Below, in pieces: positions 24,440 through 36,254 of a stretch of 64,000 bases of DNA (positions within the stretch are counted from its first letter, which is position 1; each line of letters opens with the position of its first letter). Source of the stretch: Okamejei kenojei (lineage: Eukaryota). The stretch is taken from assembly GCA_035221665.1 (NCBI GenBank), contig CM069147.1, forward strand, positions 25,544,001-25,608,000, in the 5' to 3' direction. The position numbers and the translations under genes are program-made. The notes under the pieces were generated by a model that worked only from the letters and a program-made list of their open reading frames with translations, was not told the DNA's origin and ran no database searches.

Positions 24440-26415
24440 ATAGAACAGTACACCACAGGTTCAAACATTTTGTCCCGCACGTGATGCAAGTTAAAATAAT
24501 TTCCTCTCCCTTTTTGTGATCAATTTCCTTACACACTCTGCATCTCAATGTACCTGTACGAAAGACTCTTAAAGCCCACGTTCACGTCTGCTTCCAACAC
24601 CACCATCACCTGGCAACGTTTTCCAGGCACTCACCATTTTCTGTATAAAAACAACTTGCCCCACACATCTCTAATCTTAAAGTTATGCCCTCGATTCTAT
24701 CACATGTTAACACTGGGAGAAGGGTTCTGACTATTTCTGACTATGTCCCTCATAACCCTTTGTACTTGTATCTCCCCACAACTTCCGATGCCCCAGAAAA
24801 AAATAATCCGAAGTTGGCCAAGCTCTCTTGATGGCCAATATCCTCTCATGCAGCCAGCATTCTGGTGAAGTCATAGAGCAATGGAACAGGCTGTACTGTC
24901 CAACATGCCCATGCCGACCTAGATGCCTGATCTACACAAGTTCCACCTGCCTGCATGCATCTCTCATCCTTCTAACCCTTTCCGAAATATGTAGCTGTCG
25001 AAATGTTTTTTAAATGATGTTTTAGTAAATCTGTTCTGCACCCTGTGAAATGTTTCCACATTCTTGCCACATTGGGTGACCAAAACGGCACACAACATTC
25101 CAAACGCGGCCTATTCAAAGTTTTATAAAGCGGTAACATGGCTCCCTCTCGGCACATGGCTCTAGCACTCAGTGCCACGACCGATGAAGGGAAGTATACC
25201 AAATGCATTCTTTACAATTCTATCAATTTGAGTTTGCATTATTGGGGAGCTATATCTTTAGACCCAAGTTCCAACAATACATCAGTGCTGTGGAAAGTAT
25301 TGCACAGCGTAACCGCGCACACTTGCTCCGATTAAACTGCATTTGCTATTTCTATGCACACATCTGCAATTATACCTTTCCCTGTTTAGACGGCGAGGGG
25401 CATAGTGTCAATGATGTTGACCAGCTGGAATTTGTCAAACATGTTCAGGGTAATATCCTTAGCCAATACGTGTCTGGCCCTACAAGGGGGAGGACAAAGC
25501 TTGACCTAATCATTGGAAATTGGGAAATTGGCAAGTGACTGAAGATGGTTATCAACAATTAAAACAGGATGTTGATCTGTTGGGCAGGTAGGCTGAGGAA
25601 TGGTTAATTGCGTTAAATACCAGTAAGTGAGAGGTGTTGCATTTTCTGAGGTCAAATAGTGTCAGGACCCAAACAGTGTAAGGCAGGGCTCTACGGAGTG
25701 ATGGGGAGCAGATGGATGTAGGAGTGCAGGTACTCACTTCCTTGAGAGTCTTGTCACAGGTAGATAGGGTGAGCAAGAAGGCGTTCGGCACAGTGGCCTT
25801 CATCATTCAGGATATTGAGTATAGAAGTTAGGAGGTCGTGTTACAATTGCACAGGACATTGGCGAGGCAACATTTGGAGTATTGTGTTCAGTTATGGCCA
25901 TCCTGTTACAGGAATGATGTTGTTAAGCTGTAAAGGGTGCAGAGAAGATTTACGAGGAAGTTACCAGGACTCGAGAGCCTGAGTTATAGGAAGAGATTGA
26001 GCAGGCTCAGACTTTATTCCTTGTGCTGCAGAAGGATGTGCGGTGATCTTATAGAAGTTCTCCGCATTAGGGGAACAGATAGGGTAAACGCACAGTATAT
26101 TTCTCAGAGAAGGGGAATCAAAAATTAGAGGGCAAAAATAAATCTGGACCGGTGCATGGAAAGGATGGTTTTAGAAGTTCATGGGCCAAACGGCAGGCAA
26201 GTGGAACTAGTGTAGATGTGAACTATGTCCAGACTGCTCTGGTTAATGAGCTAATATCTGGCTGGCTTATTAAAGTTTGAAATTGAATCTGCAGGTTCAC
26301 AACGGTTAATTGTAAAACAACTTTTATTATAAGCCACAATGTAGATGGGCTATATTGGTCCGCGTGGACAAGTTAGGCTGAAAGGCCTGTTTCCACATTG
26401 AATTACTCTTTGACC
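24440..26415. mobile_element. Old CR1 LINE fragments in both orientations (about 24440-25225 minus, about 25300-26415 plus)
   Basis: LYKTLNRPRLECCVPFWSP (minus) and QRRFTRKLPGL..GDLIEV (plus). Confidence 0.75.
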
Positions 26416-27107
26416 ACAAATGTTGGTGGGTGAACACAGGGATTGTCCACAAGGTTAAAGTCCGAAGCTGATGCAAGGCCAATTTTGAAGGTATTGGACA
26501 GGAATTTCAAACGTTTGGTGGAGGTTTGAAGCAGTAATAGATTGGTGGAGGCTTGGAGCAGTAATGGAGTAATAGGTAAGCAAATGGGAGTAAGGAAGCC
26601 CAGATGACATGCAAATTTGAGTCTCTGGTCAGGAAAAAAGGAGGTATGGGCCAGTTATAGGCAGCTGGGATGAAGTGTATCCTTGAAGGAAATTAGGGAA
26701 CTGAGGAGCATAATTAAGAGGCAGATCAAACGGACATAAAAAAGGCAATGGATAATGCTAGCAAATAATATTAAGGAAAATATGAAGACATTTCGTGAGT
26801 ACATTAAGGGAAAAATGGTAACTAGACAGTGATATAAAACCTGCTGTAACCTTTGACAACCTTCCTCCCAACTCCATCAATTTTATTAAATTTAATTAGA
26901 CCATTAGGCAAATCTATTTATTTTTCGCCAAACTCGTTTTCGGAAAAAACATAATCTGTCAATTGTATTTGTTTGCTTTTCGCAAATGTTCAAATTATTA
27001 AAAGATTTCTGAGCTTGCAGCGTATTACATCAGATTCAAGGGGGAGGGGTTTTCCAATTTCAGGAGCTACGATATTCATATGTATCTTATGCATTTGAAT
27101 CTTACAG

Positions 27108-27206
27108 GTACTACCATCATCAATTGTGTCAGGATAATGTGCGGTTTAGTAACGTTACTACTGCCTCTTCTCGTTGCAACATGTTGTATTGCAAGAAAAA
27201 ATAAAG
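27108..27206 (+). CDS. Exon 4: transmembrane segment with Arg in an N-x-x-R motif
   Basis: Acceptor cttacag| and donor AAAG|gtaaag, phase 1/1, 99 nt. Translation [33 protein letters not shown] is a hydrophobic stretch followed by a basic stop-transfer sequence. Confidence 0.85.
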
Positions 27207-29116
27207 GTAAAGAATAATTTAACCCAATTAAGCATTTTGTTCAGGGGGCTATAGCTCTAGAAAGGGAGGCGCGTGATCTCGCCTTTCTTGGGAAAAATAG
27301 CTTAATTTATCTTGTCATCTCGGTCGACAAAGCCATTGTGGGCCGAGGGGCATTTTCCTATGCTGTGTATTTATGTTTTATGTTACAATGAGTGGTCTCC
27401 CTATTTCTTCTGCGAAATTGCATTACCTTGCATGAAAGTATTCATATTCGCCATTCCGCCCATTTTTAAGCACACTAATATCCTACCGTAATGTGCTGTT
27501 CCCCTCAGTACTGAAGATCTCGCCCAATGATGTGTCACCCTTACTTCAGAAATCAGGTTTGATTCTGGTTCGAACAATCTACAGTACTGGAAGCAACGCA
27601 ACTGCGCTCATTGCTTTCTGTGAGCAGTTGCAGTTTAGTCTGCTTTCTTTTCCGCAGCCAGCCATGAATCGATCTGCAACCTGTCTCTAATTACGTATTC
27701 TCAGATCTTTTTTCATGTGTCCTATGTCGCCAGCCTATCTGACATTCCTTTGGAAATCTAGACAGTTTTTATTTGTATTTCATTATCATAGCCCTGCATC
27801 CATATTTGCTCGCTGCCACGTCAAATTAAATGAATCCCAGCAATCGGGAGAGATTGCTAACTGGAGATTCTATTTAATACCAGAGGCCTGGCTCCCGAAA
27901 AACACTGACTAGAATTAAAAGGCTAACGACATCAGCATGTTAATATCGATTCGGGATGAAGCCATGTATTTGCATATGATCGTCTCCATCGATCTATATT
28001 AAGCACCAACTCTATGAGAACCGCTTTTTTCGCGTGACAAAATGCCATTTTTGTAACTTGAGAAGACATTAGTATTATTAATTTACCAGGTGCCCAGAAG
28101 GAAGGAGAAATATCTGATATTAATGGGATGTACTCAAATTCCATGGAATTATTTCGGAAATATAATATAATATATTATACAAAATAAGGCACCTATTATA
28201 AGGAAATATAATATAATATATTATACAAAAGTAGCAGTCGAGCCGATTGGACGAAAATGAAGCATGGACCTAAAAATTACTGTCGGTAGTCTGCGATGCA
28301 TTTAATTGCCCTCAGAGTAATCTGAAGTAACATTTCACATTTACACGCCCATGAAAGAAGTAAAGTTAAAATATCTGTGTTTGCCTTCAATACAATGGAA
28401 ATTAGTTAGCAGTATCGTTGCTACCAATACCTCCCGGTAGCAGCCATTGAAAGGGTTTTGTACGTTAACACGATTGCAAGATGAAAACCCATCTTGCCAA
28501 GATGATATATTGCACTCACTTCTAAAAATTCCTGCATCTTGTCAACAAAATGTCTAAGGTCTATTAAATGCTCGTACCTCCAGAGCAAAATCATGAATGC
28601 CTTCCACGGATGCATGTGTGCCGTTTTTGCCTGGCACGCACTGCATGCCCAGTAATTACCATGTGAAGCCTCGAAGACAGTAGTAGTATATCCAATCAGT
28701 ACAGAATCAAGCTGCCCTCTATTTGCGCATAGAACGAAACCCCAATGCACTCGCAATCATCTCAGTGGACCTTCTCTGAACTATGTCGTGTAACTTTCTT
28801 GCGGAGAACGACACCATCGGGCTCTAAAATGGATCCAAACGAAAGTGTTACTTTCTTTAAGTAAGCGCATCGAAACAGACGACGTTTTTGCTGCTTTGCA
28901 CAGACTGACAACCACTTGGAAACTGAATTTTGATGTGAAATAAAATAAAAAATCGCGTACACGATTATTTCCGTTCAATCAGTTGGCTGTAATTTGCTTC
29001 TTTGCGTTTGTAAATGCTAAGATAAAGCAAAGACGTTTACGAAGATAATAAAGGCCAATTACGGCTAGGAAGCCTTCCCCCGCCATACCCACACTGCGAT
29101 TTATTTAGCTAATCTA

Positions 29117-30731
29117 CAGTGCCCTCCATAGTTTTGGACAAAGACCCATCACTCATATATTTGCCGCTGTACTCCACAATTTGAGATTTTTATTAGAAAA
29201 AAAATCACATGTGGTTAAAGTGCACATTGTCAGATTTTAATAAAGGGCCTTTTTATACATTTTGTAGGAATTACAGCAGTATTTATACATAGTTCCCTCC
29301 CCCCATTTCAGGGCACCATAATATTTGGGACACAGCAATGTTATGTAAATTAAAGTAGTCATGTTCAGTTTAGTATTTTGTTGCATATCCTTTGCATGCA
29401 ATGACTGCTTGAAGTCTGCGATTCATGGACATCACCAGTTGCTGGGTATTTTCTCTGGGATGCCCTGCCAGGCCTGTATTACAGTTATCTCTAGCTTATG
29501 CTTGTTTTGGGGGCTAGTACCCATCAGTTTTCTCTTCAGCATATAAAAAGCATGCTCAATTTGGTTCAGACCGGGTGATTGACTTGGCCACTCAAGAATT
29601 GACCATTTTTTTAGCTTTGAAAAACTTTTGCGGTAAGTTTGGGATCATTGACTTGCTGTAGCATGAGCTGCCGGCCAATGAGTTTTGATGCATTTGTTTG
29701 AAATAGAGCAGATAGGATGTGTCTTTACACTTGAGAATTCATTATGCTCCTACCATCAGCAATTGTATCATCAATGAAGGTAAGTGAGCCATTACCTTCA
29801 GCAGCCATACATGCCCAGGCCATAACACCCCCACCACCGTGTTTCACCGATGAGGTGGTATGCATTGGATCTTGAGCAGTTCCTTCTCTCCTCCATACTT
29901 TGCTCTTACCATCACTCTGATATCTTAATCTTCATCTCATTTGTCCACAAAACCTTTTTCCAGAACCGCGGGTGCTCTTGTAAGTACTTCTTGGCAAACG
30001 ATATCCGGGCCATCCTAATTTTGCGGCTAACCAGTAGTTTGCACCTTGCAGTGTAGCCTCTGTATTTCTGTTCATGAAGTCTTCCACGGAGAGTGGCCAT
30101 TGACAAATCCACACCTGACTCCTGAAGAGTGTTTCTGATCTGTCGGACAGTTGGTTGGGGATTTTCCTTTATTATAGAGAAAATTCTTCTCTCATCAGCT
30201 GTGGAGGTCTTCCATGGCCTGTCAGTCCCTTTGCGATTATTAAGCTCGAAAGTGCACTCTTGCTTCTTAATGATGTTCTGAACAGTTGATTTTGGTAAGC
30301 CTACGGTTTGGCTGATGTCTCTAACATTTTTATTCGTGTTTCTCAGACTCATAATGGCTTCTTTGACTTTCATTGGCACACCTTCGGTCCTTATGCTGCT
30401 TAACAGCAATAAAAGTTTTCAAAAGTGATGGAAAGACTGGAGGAAATACTAGGTGCTGAGTACCCCCTTAAACACCCCTGAGCAATTGCAAATGCCTGTG
30501 ATGCCATGTGTCCCAAACCTTATGGTGCCATGAAATGGGGGGACTGTGTATAAACCCGGCTGTGATTTCTACATGGTGAAACCAAAATGTTTAAAATGGC
30601 CTTTAATAAAACCTGACAATAAGCAATTTAACTACATGTGATTTTTTTTTCTATTACAAATCTCAAATAGTACAGTACAGAGGCAAATAAATAAATGATG
30701 GGTCTTTGCCCAAACATTATGGGGGTCACTA
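29117..30731 (-). mobile_element. Tc1/mariner transposon of a second, older family, intronic
   Basis: TA|CAGTGCCCTCCATA..GGACAAAGACCCATCA at the left end, with a degenerate inverted copy at the right. ORF 29912-30409 (-) has an HTH region and KKVLWTNEMK. Confidence 0.9.
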
Positions 30732-30934
30732 TTACTCGCTTTTTTTTAGTACTGTTGGAGCAGCAGAAGTGATCGACACTTCTATTCCTGTAATGGCGTT
30801 CCTGTTCCTGTCGAATCCATTTTAGAGTCTGATAATGTCGTTCTCTGCAAGAATCAATTCACCTTTGTTTAGAAGATGCATACTTTTCTCGTTTAGTCCA
30901 TGGAATGTGCAGGTGAAGCGATTGTGCCTTATTT

Positions 30935-31260
30935 TTAGTTTAGATTAGTTTCGTTTAGTTTAGTTTAGTTTAGATCCGTTTCGTTTAGTTTAATTTAATT
31001 TAGATAGAGTTTAGTTTAATTTAGTTTAGTTTTAGTTTAGATTAGTTTAGAGATACAACGCAGAAAAGGGCCCTTCCGCCCAGCGAGTCCATGCCGACCA
31101 GCGATGCCCGCATACTTACCATATCCTACACAAACTAGGAACAGTTTTACAATTATACCAAGCCAATTAACCTACAAACCTGTACGTCTTTGGACTGTAG
31201 GACCCGGTCTATGGCGCTGTGTGGCAACAACTCTAACGTTGCGCCAACGTGCCGCCCCAA
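30935..31260 (-). mobile_element. tRNA-derived SINE with (TTTAG)n tail expansion
   Basis: (TTTAG)n at 30935-31050 adjoins agagatacaacgcagaaaagggccc..aattaacctacaaacctgtacgtctttgga; same family as 41325-41640. Confidence 0.7.
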
Positions 31261-31613
31261 ATCTGATCTAAATCTGAGCAAATTCAGGATAAATCCAATG
31301 GCGGTGATCGACAAAAGGACAGGTACACATATATGTACGCATCAGGCTAAATATCAGTACCTCCGCCCTTCGGCATGGTTCGGCGTTCAATAAGGTGATG
31401 ATTGACTTAGCTCTGCGTTTACCACTGCCAACCGAACGATTGACGGCTTTACTTAAACATATTACATCTCCTGACAGAAAATGTAAAGTGGAGAAAAAAA
31501 GTCAAATTCTTGTCCTTGCGCATAATGTATCAAAAATATTTATATGGCAAAGTTAGACACAAGATGCTGGAGAAACGAAGCGGGTCAGGCAGCATCTCTG
31601 GAGAAAATGGATA

Positions 31614-31647
31614 AGTGACGTTTCGGGTCCGGACCCTTCTTCAGACT
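31614..31647 (-). ncRNA. Minimal type I hammerhead ribozyme motif in a Penelope-derived repeat
   Basis: Minus strand reads AGU-CUGAAGA-A-GGGUC-CG-GACCC-GAAA-CGUC-ACU: intact CUGANGA, GAAA and GUC core, stem I AGU/ACU, stem II, and a palindromic ACGU in place of stem III. Confidence 0.65.
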
Positions 31648-31966
31648 GAATGCAGCAGGGAGAGTAGAGGGAAAATTTGAAAGCGAAGTAAATTAGGAAA
31701 ATTCGGGGCCAGCAATAGATGACCTCAGGTAAAGTGGTTTCCCGATGGGCTGACTGTTGGCCAGGGACGTGTGTGAGTCCATGAGGGATGCATAGTTGCG
31801 AACTGCCATATCGGTAACCAACCTTTAGTGGAGGACGGGGGGGGGGGGGGGGGGGGGGGGGGGTTTAGCGAGGTGTTGCCGGCCTTGATTGGTCCTGTTT
31901 TTTTCTGCGCCTGCAGTTCCGCCTCCCCTCACCCACCACACACACACACACGCACGCACACGCACG

Positions 31967-32013
<47 letters not shown>

Positions 32014-32015
<2 letters not shown>

Positions 32016-32402
32016 CATCATAATCATCATCGGCGGTCAATCGAAACGAGTATGACTGTCCTCTTTTGGGAGGACGCCTGTGCGTGACTTTGTTCAACGT
32101 GGGGAGACTGGTGCACAGACAGCCACCACACGGTTCTTGACAGATCTGGGTCAGGATCCACTGGCACGGAGTCCAAGTCCACCGGGGACCCTTTACTGCT
32201 GCAGCCTTCATCCGTCTTCCCAGCCGTTCTGACGCTCCAATAAAGTCAGCCATCATCCTCTGCCTGTTCCACCGTTGAGGTCTTGGTTGGATTGCTGTTT
32301 GTCAGGGACCTTCCCATCGACCTTCAGGCATGGGTGGCTCTACCAAGAGCATAGCTCCAGACGGCATCGCTCTTAGTATCTCAAGGCCACGACAGGGTGA
32401 CA
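32014..32402 (-). mobile_element. Short non-autonomous RTE-clade-derived element within a (CA)n microsatellite
   Basis: The minus-strand 5' part (gagcgatgccgtctggagctatgctcttggtagagccacccatg) resembles, from memory, RTE/Rex3 5' UTRs. 3' tail is (GAT)n. (CA)n tracts flank both sides (about 31937-32013 and 32434-32506). Confidence 0.5.
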
Positions 32403-32455
32403 ATCCACATACACACATTCTCAGCCAAACACTCACACACACACACACACACGCA

Positions 32456-32508
<53 letters not shown>

Positions 32509-32761
32509 GCAGACTTAAGAAGTGTCCCGCCCCAAGAGATACCTGCCCATTTTCGTCAGATATGCTGCCTGACCCGCTGACTCACTCCAGCACTTTGTGT
32601 CTATCTTTGGTATAAACCAGTATCTGCCGTTCATTTTTATTACTTTTAGCTGGCAGCCTGTTGTAATAATTTCTGATGTTGCGATGCTCTCGTGTCTGCA
32701 TGAGATTTAAAACAACTTAATAAATGAACTCATGTTCTTCCCCCTAATTTTCATCTCGTAG

Positions 32762-32817
32762 ACCAAGCAGAAACCAGGGACGTTACGGCAGGAAACAAGA
32801 AAAGAGAGCAAACAATT
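32762..32817 (+). CDS. Exon 5: short cytoplasmic exon; read-through to TAA at 32851-32853 would give an alternative terminal exon
   Basis: Branch point, pyrimidine tract and acceptor ctaattttcatctcgtag|, phase 1. Translation DQAETRDVTAGNKKREQTI. Phase-0 donor ATT|gtacgg is only moderately strong. Confidence 0.6.
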
Positions 32818-33699
32818 GTACGGATAATGCCACTGACAACTAACAGCCAATAAAGCAAATGCGAGGTGCAGATGTAATCTATTCAGAATGGAATCCCAAG
32901 TAGTGTCCGTGCTCAAAGTGATATCTTGTTATTTGTGTAATTACTTATCAGCTCGTCCATTCTCTGACAACAAGCTGCAACAACCCTCAGAGAAAGGGTG
33001 AAATTACTATATTACAAGCATGAAACTGATTTTACAAAACTCCTATCCAACTGAGCCCTTCACCTTCAACACTTGGGGTGAAATGGGTTGCAAATGATTG
33101 CCCAAGTTATGTTCAAGTAAGTTTCGGTGTCCATGCGTTTAGCAGCTGTGCTCCATGTCTTTGCATATGTTTTGTAAAGGTAGGCACCTAAATTATAATT
33201 TCTGTAAAATAATATGCACTTCCAAGCGTGCGTTTACCGCATTCTTTCCTGTCGCTTTGCAATCGCTGAATGTTTGAAGTGTACGGAAAATTAAAAACAA
33301 ACATGATCAGAAATTGAAACACTGTACATCATATGAATAAAAATCGAAACTAATCCGTCTTGACTCGGTTGGGGAAAAGTAAACATATAGTGGGAAGCCT
33401 TTTGTTGCATGCTATCAGTCAAAGAAAAGACTATACATGAGTACTATCTAGCCGTCCACGGTGTACCATTAAAGGATAATAGCCTTCAAATATAATTAAA
33501 TGGGAAGTGCTGGAGCTTTGGGATTGCGAAATCTATAATATTGTAAGGGTCGGTGTGCACGTAATAAATGCTCCGTATGGCTGGATCCGTAAAATCAGTA
33601 ATACAGTCAGCATATCATTTTCATGGCCTTATTTCAGAACAGCAGGAGAGTAGAGAAGCACAGGTGTTCATGCAAGTACAGCAGCAGAGAATAGGAAGT

Positions 33700-36152
33700 G
33701 GAGGGGTAAAGGGTGCTGAGGAAGAGGATTTTTTGGAATGTATGCGGGATAGTTATCTAAATCAACATGTAGAGGTACCAACGCGAGAGCAGGCTATTTT
33801 AGACAGGGTTTTGAGTGACGAGGAAGGGGTAGTTAGCAGTCTTGTTGTACGTGCCACCTTGGGCAAGAGTGACCATAATATGGTTGAGTTCTTCATTAGG
33901 ATGGAGAGTGACATTGTTAATTCAGAAACAATGGTTCTGAACTTAAAGAAAGGCAACTTCGAGGGTATGAGACGTGAATTGGCCAAGATTGACTGGCAAT
34001 TAATTCTAAAAGGGTTGACGGTGGATATACAATGGAAGACATTTAAAGACTGCAGGGATGAACTGCAAAAAATGTTCATCCCAGTTTGGCAAAAGAATAA
34101 ATCGGGGAAGGTAGTGCAATCGTGGATAACAAGGGAAATCAGGGATAGTATCAAAACAAAGGATGATGCGTACAAAGTAGCCAGAAAAAGCAGCATACCA
34201 GAGGACTGGGAGAAATTCAGAGACCAGCAGAGGAGGACAAAGGGCTTAATTAGGAAAGGAAAAATTGATTATGAAAGAAAACTGGCAGGTAACATAAAAA
34301 ACTGACTGCAAAAGCTTTTATACATATGTGCAGAGAAAGAGATTAGTTAAAACAAACGTAGGTCCCTTGCAGTCAGAAACAGGTGACTTGATCATGGGGA
34401 ACAAGGATATGGCGGACCAATTGAATAACTACTTTGGTTCCATCTTCACTAAGGAAGACATAAATAATCTGCCGGAAATAGCAGGGGACCGCGGGTCAAA
34501 GGAGAAATTGAGTGAAATCCAGGGTAGTCGGGTGGTGTTGGGTAAATTGAATAGATTAAAGGCCGATAAATTCCCAGGGCCAGATAGGCTGCACCCCAGA
34601 GTACTTAAGGAAGTAGCTCAGGAAATAGTGGATGCATTAGTGATAATCTTTCAAAACTCTTTAGATTCTGGAGTAGTTCCTGAGGATTGGCGGGTAGCAA
34701 ACGTAACCCCTCTTTTTAAGAAGGGGTGGAGTGAGAAAACGGGGAATTACGGACCGCTTAGTCTAACATCGGTAGTGGGGAAACTGCTAGAGTCAGTTAT
34801 TAAAGATGGGATAGCAGCACATTTGGAAAGTGGTGAAATCATTGGACAAAGGTAGCATGGATTTACGAAAAGTAAATCATGTCTGACGAATCTTGTGGAA
34901 TTTTCGAGAATGCAACTAGTAGCATGGATAAGGGAGAACCAGTGGATGTGGTATATCTGGACTTCCAGAAGGCTTTCGACAAGGTCCCACATAAGAGATT
35001 GGTATACAAACTTAAAGCATATGGCATTAGGGGTTCAGTATTGATGTGGATAGAGAACTGGCTGGCAAACAGGAAGCAAAGAGTAGGAGTAAACGGGTCC
35101 TTTTCACAATGGCAGGCAGTGACTAGTGGGGTACCGCAGGGCTCAATGCTGGGACCCCAGCTATTTACAATATATATTAATGATCTGGATGAGGAAATTG
35201 AAGGAAATATCTCCAAGTTTGCGGATGACACTAAGCTGAGGGGCAGTGTTAGCTGTGAGGAGGATGCTAGGAGGCTGCAAGGTGACTTGGATAGGCTGGG
35301 TGAGTGGGCAAATGTTTGGCAGATGCAGTATAATGTGGATAAATGTGAGGTTATCCACTTTGGTGGCAAAAACAGGAAAGCAGACTATTATCTAAATGGT
35401 GGCCGATTAGGAAAAGGGGAGATGCAGCGAGACCTGGGTGTCATGGTACACCAGTCATTAAAAGTAGGCATGCAGGTGCAGCAGGCAGTGAAAAAAGCGA
35501 ATGGTATGTTAGCTTTCATAGCAAAAGGATTCGAGTATAGGAGCAGGGAGGTTCTACTTCAGTTGTACAGGGTCTTGGTGAGACCACACCTGGAGTATTG
35601 CGTCCAGTTTTGGTCTCCAAATCTGAGGAAGGACATTATTGCCATAGAGGGAGTTCAGAGAAGGTTCACCAGACTGATTCTGGGATGTGACTGTCTTATG
35701 AAGAAAGACTGGATAGACTCGGTTTATACTCTCTAGAATTTAGGAGATTGAGAGGGGATCTTATAGAAACTTACAAAATTCTTAAGGGGTTGGACAGGCT
35801 AGATGCAGGAAGATTGTTCCCGATGTTGGGGAAGTCCAGGACAAGGGGTCACAGCTTAAGGATAAGGGGGAAATCCTTTAAGACCTAGATGAGAAATACT
35901 TTTTTCACACAGAGAGTGGTGAGTCTCTGGAACTCTCTGCCACAGAGGTTAGTTGAGACCAGTTCATTGGCTATATTTAAGAGGGAGTTAGGTGTGGCCC
36001 TTGTGGCTAAGGGGATCAGAGGGTATGGGGAGAAGGCAGGTACGGGATACTGAGTTGGATGATCAGCCATGATCATATTGAATGGCGGTGCAGGCTCGAA
36101 GGGTCGATTGGCCTACTCCTGCACCTAATTTCTATGTTTCTATGTTTCTATG
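33700..36152 (+). mobile_element. CR1 LINE (second subfamily), 5'-truncated, with frameshifts
   Basis: ORFs 33568-34305, 34328-34855 and 34879-35736 contain SDHN, DFQKAFDKVPH, GVPQGS and FADD. Tail is (TTTCTATG)n. Confidence 0.95.
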
Positions 36153-36254
36153 GACTAAAGCAGAGACTGGCGGTATGGTGTGTAGCCAATCGAAAGACAA
36201 ATCAATTGATAATAATATGATCAAACTCTATTCGTTAAAGATATAGAAGAAACA

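Noticed and set aside
28158-28230. 29-bp direct repeat ggaaatataatataatatattatacaaaa
   Set aside because: A simple local AT-rich duplication with no evidence of function.
28421-28756. 111-aa minus-strand ORF with faint resemblance to a Polinton polymerase motif (TVFE..HGNYW..C..C)
   Set aside because: The similarity is too weak to support without a database search, and no other Polinton features are nearby.
31825-32615. ORFs rich in HT/CV dipeptides
   Set aside because: They are translations of (CA)n and poly-G tracts.
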